Source: Macrostomum hystrix (taxonomy: Eukaryota > Animalia > Platyhelminthes). Taken from it: 64,000 nt of DNA. Position 1 is the stretch's first letter, and every line of letters starts with the position of its first letter. The notes beneath the pieces are model-generated. The model was not told the DNA's origin and did no database searches. It saw nothing but the letters and a program-made list of their open reading frames with translations. A program made the translations under genes and the position numbers. Shown in pieces: positions 37,001 to 45,240 of this stretch. The stretch spans positions 1,488,001 through 1,552,000 of the forward strand of contig CATNEN010000041.1 of the NCBI GenBank assembly GCA_950097015.1, written 5' to 3'.

Positions 37001-38727
37001 ACTAAATCGCACAGGGCACCCTAATCTGGGACGCGATCGCCTACTTTGAGAAGGGCAAGCTGTTTCACAAGGCCAAGCAGCAGGCGGAGGTGCTGTGGCA
37101 GTACTATAAGGACACCCTCGTGGACTTCGCCAAGGAGCGCGAGACCCTGGAGCGGCTGGCCGGCCTGTGCCAGGCCATCACCAACGTCGAGGAGGTGCAC
37201 ACCTTCAACTCCTACTACCTGGTGGAGTTCAACGGGGAGGCCTTCCCGAACTTCCTCCGCCAGCTCAAGTTCATCTACTGCGGCATCAACAGCAAGAAGC
37301 TGGCCGATGTCATCCAGGACTTCGAGACCCTGTTTCCCTACGCCAAGATACCGCAGAACAGTCAGGACCGGGCGCAGTACCAGAACCTCATCGAGATCAG
37401 CGCCGTGACCCCGTTGCCGCGGCCGCCGGCTAACGTGCGCGACACCCAGTTCGACGCGCTGCAGTACTACGAGAACAACGAGGTGCAGCAGTTCATCCTG
37501 CGCAAGATGCTCGTCCGCTCCGAGAAGGTCACCGAGAAGACCTGCACCATTGACATCTACGAGTCCAAGGAGCCCTTCCCCAGCGTGCTCCGCCTGCTGC
37601 CCGCCGAGCACTCGCAGTCCTCCACCGAGACCCCGCTGCAGAGCGCCATCCGAGACAACGAGGCCATGAACCAGAAGCTGAAGTACTCCATCTACCAGCT
37701 CACCAGCGGCCGCATCAAGAGCAGCCAGGGCCTGGTCGGCCACGTCAGTGGCATCGTCTGCGCCACCGTAGGCGGTGGCATTGATAATTTCATGGAGTTC
37801 TTCAAGGTGCTGGACGATATTCAGGTTGGTGTATTTTTGATATGTATTAGCCGATATGTATCGAATTACTTTTTTTCTTTATCAATTCTCAAACAGATAG
37901 TAGCCGGTATCGAAATTCATGGGTATCTAGCTCGTATATACATATGTTATTGCAAACGTATATACATATGTTATTGCAAACGGCCGATATGTATCGAAAT
38001 TCCTAGTTTTTCTTGCATATTCTCTAACAGTATACACCGGATATATATCGAAACTACGAGTCTAATCCTCGTACTAATACATTTACTTTACTACTTGAAG
38101 ACTGGAATGGACACCACGGATGCGGGGGCGCCTGCCGAAGACGAAACGCTCCGCCTGGCCCATTCCCTGTCTGTCCAGCTGCAGCTGTGCGCCCGCGCGC
38201 TGGACCTCTGCAAGCAGCACGGCACGGATGTGCAGGCCTACGCCGGCCTGCTGCTAGAGAAGCTGGAGATGGTGCAGGGCCACACCGGCATCGCGCTGCC
38301 GCCGGAGATTCGGCAGACAGCAGAGAAGCTCGCTATGCCGAAGGGAGCCACCTCCGCCGGCGTCGCTGGCAGCGGCGGCGGCTCGACTGGCAACCTTCAG
38401 CAGCGGCTGCAGCGACTAGATCCTGGCATCGGCGGCACGATGCCGCGAAAGCCGCGCTCAACCGCGAACGCCGTCCAGCGTCGGCCGTCGGATCCGCGTT
38501 TCTCCAACGTACCGAGCAGCGTCGCCAACTCGCCAAGCGGCGGGCGCAGCGGCGCTCCGTCGATTCTGGATGAGCCGCTTCCGCCGCCTTTGCCCTCAAA
38601 GCGCCGATCCGAAGCTCCCTCAGCGCTGGTGAGCTCGTCACCACCTCCGCCACCGTTGCTAGCCCAGCTGCCTACCGTGCCGCCTGTTGTGCCGCCTCGT
38701 AGCAGCCGACAGCATCAGGAGGAGTGA
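16095..38727 (+). CDS. Dedicator of cytokinesis (DOCK-A/B type, DOCK1/CED-5/Mbc-like) Rac GEF: SH3, DHR-1 (C2), DHR-2, Pro-rich tail; about 1859 aa
   Basis: Phase-consistent exons: 16095-16772, 17111-17332, 18426-18986, 19087-19517, 19780-20401, 20847-21326, 31487-32065, 32229-32798, 37015-37824, 38101-38727. SH3 (VALYNY..GDKL..WYYG..KGVFPKSHV); C2 (RSVVYYHNGHPRWDE..RFEIRHRS); CSTELSTN; RYLYKLCQLH..NWAEAG; YFEKGK; GIVCATVGGG with the sensor Val retained; PPPLPSK tail. The exact orthologue is unresolved, so no symbol is given. Confidence 0.92.
16835..16992 (-). mobile_element. SINE family B fragment in DOCK intron 1
   Basis: Shares TACATCTGCCCTGACT..CACTGTGCCTT..GACAAGCC with the copy at 41477-41580. 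Confidence 0.55.
17427..18169. repeat. 27-bp intronic minisatellite, about 27 copies (GATTTTGAATACATTTCTCAGTGGTGA)
   Basis: Tandem units in DOCK intron 17333-18425. Confidence 0.96.
19565..19760. repeat. 16-bp intronic minisatellite (TGCTCACTGTCTAATG)
   Basis: Tandem units in DOCK intron 19518-19779. Confidence 0.9.
20540..20780. repeat. GA-rich degenerate intronic minisatellite (GATGGGTGAAGAGAGAAGTA / GATAAGTA)
   Basis: Tandem purine-rich units in DOCK intron 20402-20846. Confidence 0.85.
21350..22260. repeat. About 11-bp GTAATGCTGCT repeat tract, interrupted by a SINE at 21500-22070
   Basis: The same motif lies on both sides of the SINE. Confidence 0.8.
21500..22070 (+). mobile_element. 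tRNA-derived SINE, family A (about 570 bp)
   Basis: Collinear and highly similar to 55340-55927. Head GGGGGCGAGTGG..GTTCGATTC; ends in ..GCAAATAGATAG. Confidence 0.8.
22394..22637. repeat. Left part of an unclassified dispersed repeat split by the TIR element; it continues at 31020-31345, with a second copy at about 61617-62000
   Basis: TTTAACAGT..CCAAGCCATT..GCCGCC and CCACCTGTTG match 61617-61680. Confidence 0.6.
22865..23880. repeat. 61-bp tandem array, about 16.5 copies, in the subterminal region of the CMC element
   Basis: Unit CGGACGAGCAGGCGGATTAAAAGCGGGTGAAATGCGGACCAAATCGCTTCATTTGGCGATT; period read from 22865/22926/22987. Confidence 0.96.
25108..27457 (-). pseudogene. Transposon-borne accessory gene with coiled coil and C-terminal BEN domain (disrupted)
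   Basis: Exons 27457-26459, 26355-25605 and 25453-25108; the latter two introns are GT-AG and phase-consistent. IRSLLRCLFSDAEFTNSSISGRKSRGHVCLAANPAKIATAELW..FNR|CTETARKR fits the BEN pattern (L..lFt.e.l...s..G......Ldp.kl..i). One in-frame TGA near 26285 and frameshifts in the first exon. Includes a 21-bp PTAVSAP coding repeat at about 26945-27225. Confidence 0.65.
28596..30231 (-). pseudogene. EnSpm-type transposase remnant lacking the catalytic core
   Basis: Exon 30231-29988 (basic N-terminus), intron, exon from 29806 (acidic SSDEDAA repeats), frameshift, then SFGEAMVEIHL..LRRLVPNNILPRTEKALL..CNNC..CEHC..FNIRRQIQTL, typical of the EnSpm transposase N-terminal region. It then jumps to C-terminal-like sequence; no DDE-core motifs were seen. 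Confidence 0.6.
31020..31345. repeat. Right part of the dispersed repeat interrupted by the CMC element
   Basis: Roughly 80% identical by eye to 61677-62000 (TTGAAGGTCCAGCAG..GAAGATGCGCAACAAAAAGTTGG..GCAGCAAA). Confidence 0.8.
32821..36857. repeat. 30-bp intronic minisatellite, about 134 copies (CAACTCTAGAATCCCCATCTCAATCCTTCC)
   Basis: Fills DOCK intron 32799-37014; variant units recur in blocks. Confidence 0.98.
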
Positions 38728-39470
38728 CCCTGATGGGATTAGACTGACCCTGATGGGATTAGACTGACCCTGATGGGATTAGACTGACCCTGATGGGATT
38801 AGACTGACCCTGATGGGATTGGACTGACCCTGGTGGGATTGGAGTGACCCTGATGGGATTAGACTGACCCTGACGGGATTAGACTGACCCTGATGGGATT
38901 AGACTGACCCTGATGGGATTAGACTGACCCTGATGTGATAAGAGTGACCCTGATGGGATTGGACTGACCCTGATGGGATTAGACTGACCCTGATGGGATT
39001 AGACTGACCCTGATGGGATTAGACTGACCCTGATGGGATTAGACTGACCCTGATGGGATTGGACTGACCCTGATGGGATTGGACTGACCCTGGTGGGATT
39101 GGAGTGACCCTGATGGGATTAGACTGACCCTGATGGGATTGGAGTGACCCTGATGGGATTGGACTGAACCTGGTGGGATTGGAGTGACCCTGGTGGGATT
39201 AGACTGACCCTGATGGGATTAGACTGACCCTGGTGGGATTGGAGTGACCCTGATGGGATTGGAGTGACCCTGATGGGATTAGAGTGACCCTTGTGGGATT
39301 AGAGTGACCCTGATGGGGTTAGAGTGACCCTGATAGGGTTAGAGTGACCCTGGTGGGGTTAGACTGACCCTGATGGGGTTAGAGTGACCCTGATAGGGTT
39401 AGAGTGACCCTGGTGGGGTTAGAGTGACCCTGATGGGGTTAGAGTGACCCTGATTGGGTTAGAATGACCC
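38722..39470. repeat. 20-bp minisatellite, about 37 copies (GACCCTGATGGGATTAGACT), starting at the DOCK stop codon
   Basis: Tandem units; an AATAAA follows at 39587-39592. Confidence 0.95.
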
Positions 39471-40004
39471 TTGTTTATACATGCTCAGACTAATCAGTAT
39501 GTGCCATAGCTTCACAGAAACCTGATTTTGAGTTTATTTTTGTAGCTTTTAACCACTTCTTGATTAAAAAGATTCACTTTTCGAGTAATAAATCGTGTTA
39601 ACTCTACGTGTATGCACGAACTCGCTGTCGTTCTCTCTGCTCTACTCTGCGTCCATTACTTTAAAAAACTCTATAACCACCGCCTTTATCTGAACTAACA
39701 GTTCTGTACGTACGGGTTCCGTTCGCATTCTATTTTTACTTAGACTTTTTTCATTCGTGAGCAGTCCAGATCGTGCTCAGTTTCTTGTGTACAATTTCCT
39801 GTTCCCTCGCTATCGTTGCCTGTGCCGCATCTCTGCTCATCTGACTGCTCAGTCCTACTCAATAGTTGCCCGAATTCATACTGCAACTTCTGCTTTTGCT
39901 AATTCTGTTGTTGGACATTCATAACTGGTTCTACAACGTTTTGCACTTCGACATTTTCGCTTTACTCGGTATTGATATGAGAGAGTTACATTTTTAGATA
40001 GCAA

Positions 40005-40533
40005 AGCCTGTTCTAATGTGAGTTCTATAGCCTGTTCTAATGTGAGTTCTATAGCCTGTTCTAATGTGAGTTCTATAGCCTGTTCTACTGTGAGTTCTAT
40101 AGCCTGTTCTACTGTGAGTTCTATAGCCTGTTCTAATGTGAGTTCTATAGCCTGTTCTAATGTGAGTTCTATAGCCTGTTCTAATGTGAGTTCTATAGCC
40201 TGTTCTACTGTGAGTTCTATAGCCTGTTCTAATGTGAGTTCTATAGCCTGTTCTACTGTGAGTTCTATAGCCTGTTCTACTGTGAGTTCTATAGCCTGTT
40301 CTACTGTGAGTTCTATAGCCTGTTCTAATGTGAGTTCTATAGCCTGTTCTACTGTGAGTTCTATAGCCTGTTCTAATGTGAGTTCTATAGCCTGTTCTAC
40401 TGTGAGTTCTATAGCCTGTTCTACTGTGAGTTCTATAGCCTGTTCTAATGTGAGTTCTATAGCCTGTTCTAATGTGAGTTCTATAGCCTGTTCTAATGTG
40501 AGTTCTATAGCCTGTTCTAATGTGAGTTCTATA
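40005..40533. repeat. 24-bp minisatellite, 22 copies (ATAGCCTGTTCTAATGTGAGTTCT)
   Basis: Tandem units with an A/C dimorphism (ctaatg versus ctactg). Confidence 0.96.
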
Positions 40534-41339
40534 CCCCCGGCTAGTTCAGGATTCAGATGCGCTCACGCGCGCCCTCTGGCAGAGACAATCCACTGCTCAC
40601 ATTTTTATTGTTGAGTTTTATTGTTTAACTAGTTTTCCATTTACTGAAGAATCGCGAAGAACTGTTAGGCCTATTCCAGTCTTCCCATTATGGGTGTTAA
40701 GCTAATCTGATTAATCATTCTTAGCTATCCAGCCAGATTTCTATACACATTTTTGCCAATGAAGCTGCACTGTGAGCATTGTTTGTTAGATTCCAATATT
40801 TTCTATTACTGTTATTGACCGCTGTTATTCAATAGCTTTGTATTCTCTGACTCGTTTTATTCACGCAAATTCCTGCTAATAGCTAACTTTCTGTGCCTGC
40901 TTACGTGCTGTTTTGTGTGTTGCTTTTTTAGCCCTGTGCTACCATTTTTACTTCTGATTACACTTTTATATTATTAGTACTATTGTGCTATATGGTTAGA
41001 TTGCTATTAACACGGCCTGTCTCATTTTTAGGCAACAGAAATATTGCCTTGCTGTTTATGCCTACATTTAGTAGAATTCAATAAACCAATGATTAAATAC
41101 GTAAGACAGCAGTTGGCCGTGGCTTGTCATTTCTATTGGCGTAAATGTTCTACCGCTGAATTGACTGAATTAACTGTGATATTATTAGACTGCACTTCTC
41201 GTGCCGCACTACTCACGCGGCAAAGTGCTAGTGAGTAGTAACACTAGATGATTGTAATTATTCTAGATTTAGGTTTATTGTTAATAATAATATTATTATA
41301 TTCGTTAGGATGGCTTCAGAAGGACCATAAGGATAAAGT

Positions 41340-41664
41340 AATAATAACAATTGCAGGAGGGCTATGACACATCATTTGGTGACACGCAGCCAGCGAGGAG
41401 GCAATTCTGCCCATTTCGCTGACTCCTGAGCACACACGCACAAACTCCGTACGCAGGCACACACACACATGGTGTGTACATCTGCCCTGACTTTCTCATC
41501 ATCAGGCAGTCTATGCTTTCACTGTGCCTTGGAGGTTGGCCTTTAAGGGCGTAAATTGCACGACAAGCCACTGAGCCTTCTCTTCGCGGCTGCGGGATCT
41601 TGGGATCAGCTCAGGGATCTTGGCGCGAGAGGCAAACGCGTTAGCTTCTCTGCCACTCGCCCCC
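41340..41664 (-). mobile_element. tRNA-derived SINE, family B (most complete copy)
   Basis: Reverse complement begins GGGGGCGAGTGGCAGAGAAGCTAACGCG and shares its body with 13519-13705. It ends in CCCTCCTGCAA plus a TTA-rich tail, resembling the family A 3' end. Confidence 0.65.
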
Positions 41665-41936
41665 TTAGGTTTATTGTTACAAATCTTTGTGATTTGCAAC
41701 ATTTATGTTCTAAAGCAGTTTCCGAATCCCATGCTCAAGAAGCTGTTCTAAATAAAATTCTAATGCAGCTATTGCGATGAGTCTGACAGTCCGCAAAGAA
41801 TGGATCTAAAGACAGTAGACTGCAGCAGACTGTACAAGCAGTCGAGTTGGCTCGAGTTTAGCAGTGTTCTCGGGAAGCGGACAAGGCGGCCTGTTTCTCC
41901 GTTGCAGCCCCAGCTGGCTCCACCGGGCCGCAGCGA

Positions 41937-43934
41937 ATGTCTCGACGAGCGCTTCGAAAACTGCAGGAGGCTGAGGCGGCCGCGGCCGCTAGCAGAGCCG
42001 CAGACCAGGCTGAAGCGGGCGAAGAGCGGACGGAGGCTCGCAAGGAGGTGGAAGCCGTCGAGCCCGACGATCCGGCGGTGGAGGCAGCTCGTCGAGCGGG
42101 CGGCCGAGGCAACCAGTTCGCGCTGCTGATGTCGCAGGACTCAGAAGAAGATGAGGAAGAGGCGGAAGATGCCGAGGCGCAGGCGAAGGGAAATGAGGCC
42201 AAGAGGCCAGCGGACGAGGCCGTCAAGCCACAGCAGCAGCAGAAAAAGAAGAAGGGCAAGAAGCGCAAGCCGGACAAGCGGAAGGGCGAAGCTGCTGACG
42301 AAAATGAGGAGGACGAGTTCGCGGCGGCTCTGGCGGAATGCGCGATTTCCAGCCGGGGACCGGCTTCCGATGCGGCGCCGTCTGCAAGCAGCAGCAGCAA
42401 GCCGCTGCTCAGCGTAGACCTTCGCCTGCTGGACGGCGGACAGGAGCTGCGGCGGCTGTTTGGACAGGCAGCCGGCGAGTCGGCTGCGCGCCAGCCGTCC
42501 GCCAGGCGGCTTCAGCAACAGCAGCAGCAGCAGCATCCGGGTGGCTGGCGACGCGGACTGCTAGCCCAACCGAAGCCCACCTGGCCGCCGGTGGTCCGCC
42601 TCGGCCTGTCGATGTCGCCGGACAGCGAGACCTTCGCCTCGGACAGCTTCCCGTCTAGCAGCAGCGTGTACCGCTTCGAGCACAGCCGCGAGTACCAGCG
42701 CACCCAACTGGCCTTCGCCGACGCCGTAGACTCCGGCCTGCCGGACCGCCTGGCCGAAATCCTGCACCGTCAGCCCTACCACGTGGACAGCCTGCTGCAG
42801 CTAGCCGAGGTCTTCCGCCTCCAAGAGGACGCCGCCACCGCCGCCGACCTGGTCGAGCGCGCTCTCTACGCCATGGAGTGCGCCGCCGCGCCCGGCTTCA
42901 GCTTCTCCAGCGACCGCTGCCGGCTGAGCTTCGCCCGACGTGAGAACCGCGCCCTGTTCGCGGCCCTGCTGCGTCACGCCCTGTCACTGGCCGGCCGCTG
43001 CTGCCACCGAGCTTGCCTGGAGACCTGCAAACTGCTGCTCAGCCTCAGTCCCGCTGCCGATCCCATGGGCTCCCTGCTGCTCATGGACGCAGCCTGTCTC
43101 ATGTCCGGCCAGGAGGAGTTCCTGCTTCGCCTGCTGCAGGCTTGGGATCCGTCCAGGCACCTCAGCCAGCTGCCCAACTGGGCCTACTCCGGCGCCCTGG
43201 CCCGCTTCCGCCTGGCCCGCCCCGACGCCGACTCGGCGCTGGACGCGGCGCTCATCCAGTTCCCCGCCGTGCTCGGCCCGCTGCTGGCCCGGCTCAGCGT
43301 CGAGGCCGCACCAGCCGTGTCCACCTGCCGCCTTTTCTCCGCTGACGCCGCCGCCGGCGACTCCTCCGGCCTCCGCCAGCTCTGCAGCCTCTACGTGCAG
43401 CGCTGTGGCCACTGCTGGAAGGAGGCCGCCGCCGTTACCTTTCTGGTGTCCAGCGCCGCCCGCGTTGCTGCCGCCTTCACGGCCGTCAACCCGCCGGATC
43501 CGCGCTTCGCCGAGGCCGCCGAGCGGCGACTTCGACGATACAGGCGAACTCCGCTGAACGTCCTCCGGCACCTGATCGTGTCCGACGTGCGCGACGCCCT
43601 GTCCGACCTGCCCCCGGACATCGACCCGGCCGGATTAAACTCCTTCGACCCGCTGCCCCCGCCCAACTCAGTCTGCAGCTACGACCTCGACAAACTGCGT
43701 AGGCTGCGGGCCGGCGCCTCTGGCGGCGCTTCCAGCTCCGACGACGGCCTTCTGTCGGCCTTCCTGCGCTCCCTGATGCCCAACTTTGATCCCAATGCGC
43801 CACCACCGCAGCTGCAGGGAGCCGAGGGCGGTGGCGGCCTAGCCGGCCTGCTGGAGTCAGTGCGGCAGCTGCTGAACGGCCTTGGGCCGCCGCCGCCGCC
43901 ATTCGATGAAGGAGCCGACGGCGGCGTTGACTGA
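41937..43934 (+). CDS. TCF25: Transcription factor 25 / ribosome quality control subunit Rqc1 homologue (665 aa, single exon)
   Basis: MSRRALRKLQ start; FEHSREYQ; QPYHVDSLLQLAEV; AADLVERALY; RENRALF; ETCKLLLSLSP..DPMG; LSQLPNWAYS. These are the TCF25 family motifs. AATAAA at 44066-44071. Confidence 0.95.
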   Translation: MSRRALRKLQEAEAAAAASRAADQAEAGEERTEARKEVEAVEPDDPAVEAARRAGGRGNQFALLMSQDSEEDEEEAEDAEAQAKGNEAKRPADEAVKPQQQQKKKKGKKRKPDKRKGEAADENEEDEFAAALAECAISSRGPASDAAPSASSSSKPLLSVDLRLLDGGQELRRLFGQAAGESAARQPSARRLQQQQQQQHPGGWRRGLLAQPKPTWPPVVRLGLSMSPDSETFASDSFPSSSSVYRFEHSREYQRTQLAFADAVDSGLPDRLAEILHRQPYHVDSLLQLAEVFRLQEDAATAADLVERALYAMECAAAPGFSFSSDRCRLSFARRENRALFAALLRHALSLAGRCCHRACLETCKLLLSLSPAADPMGSLLLMDAACLMSGQEEFLLRLLQAWDPSRHLSQLPNWAYSGALARFRLARPDADSALDAALIQFPAVLGPLLARLSVEAAPAVSTCRLFSADAAAGDSSGLRQLCSLYVQRCGHCWKEAAAVTFLVSSAARVAAAFTAVNPPDPRFAEAAERRLRRYRRTPLNVLRHLIVSDVRDALSDLPPDIDPAGLNSFDPLPPPNSVCSYDLDKLRRLRAGASGGASSSDDGLLSAFLRSLMPNFDPNAPPPQLQGAEGGGGLAGLLESVRQLLNGLGPPPPPFDEGADGGVD

Positions 43935-44433
43935 CCGTTGCTCCATCGCTTGGGGCTTTCGTGTTTCCCAAGAACTAGATGTACCCCTCTCCGCCAATTG
44001 TGCTCCGCGACGCAGCGGAAGTTTTCTGTGTGGCTCTTTCAGGACAGCAGCTTTGTTGCCGATAAAATAAACAACACAGTTCACCTGCTTTTGCTGTTTG
44101 ACCACAAGCAAATTTATTTCTTCATTATTGACGGTGTCTGCATTGGATATCTACATGACATTGGCTTTGATTTTTCAGACTTTTTATTTTCAATGAACCT
44201 CTTAAACAGACTCACTAACTGTGCAAGTCACTGTCGGCAGTATGGCAAAGTTCTAAATTTGCGGTCCTTGTAAAAATGTACTAGCGGTACAGATTGGTCG
44301 GCTGTGCATTCTCAAAGCGCATGCTAAATTGATGTTATCATTTTCCATCAATCGATAAGTAATGATATTAATGCTGTCAGTACTTGGATAGGACTTGAGC
44401 TGCGCTCTGAGTAAGCTTCTCCGAGAGGTGTCC

Positions 44434-44815
44434 GCTTCGCAGGTGTGATAAATCATAGTGGCTTCGCAGGTGTGATAAATTATAGTGGCTTCGCAGGTGT
44501 GATAAATCTCAGTGGCTTCGCAGGTGTGATAAATCTCAGTGGCTTCGCAGGTGTGATAAATCTCAGTGGCTTCGCAGGTGTGATAAATCTCAGTGGCTTC
44601 GCAGGTGTGATAAATCTAAGTGGCTTCAAATGTGTGATAAATCATAGTGGCTTCGCAGGTGTGATAAATCTCAGTGGCTTCGCAGGTGTGATAAATCTAA
44701 GTGGCTTCAAATGTGTGATAAATCTCAGTGGCTTCGCAGGTGTGATAAATCTCAGTAGCTTCAAAGGTTGTGATAAATCTAAGTGGCTTCACAGGTGTGA
44801 TAAATCTCAGTGGCT
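44434..44815. repeat. 27-bp minisatellite, about 14 copies (CTTCGCAGGTGTGATAAATCTCAGTGG)
   Basis: Tandem units between the 3' ends of TCF25 and the kinase gene. Confidence 0.95.
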
Positions 44816-45240
44816 CATTTCTCAACGTGACCAATACCATGGCACCTAGCACACGCATTGCACTGGTATTAGTCACTTGTGCCACTAGCATCTCAAACAG
44901 GGTGCAGCCATATGCGACACTGCGACTTGGTTTAGAAATTTTCAGGGGCCATGAAGCGAAATGGTTCAGAATCTTCCCTTGGTTGCCACAATTTTGTCTT
45001 AATGATTGAAACCAAAATGTTCTCGTGAGCTCCTCTGTAGAACAATCAGCTTGATTTGTCCCAGATAGGTAAGCATCACAGAGATCAACAATCAGCAGTT
45101 ACCGTGTTTTGGGCTGCAAATCTATGAAATCTGCCTCATGGAGTTATCATTCTAGTCTGAGTGTATTTTGATCTCATCAGGAAAACTCTGCAGCAAGCGA
45201 AAGGGAGTCCTTCTAGTTCTCGATGGCTGAGCAGATCAGA

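Noticed and set aside
37021-37743. Antisense or alternative-frame ORFs over GC-rich exons (also 127-843, 6190-7170, 32205-32786, 41858-43971 and those inside gag-pol)
   Set aside because: Shadow ORFs expected from high GC3 in the real coding frame; no recognisable domains.
41482-41509. Hammerhead-like CTGATGA..GAAA on the minus strand
   Set aside because: No stem II, and no stem III/NUH arrangement after GAAA; the motif is not conserved in the related SINE copy at 16865.
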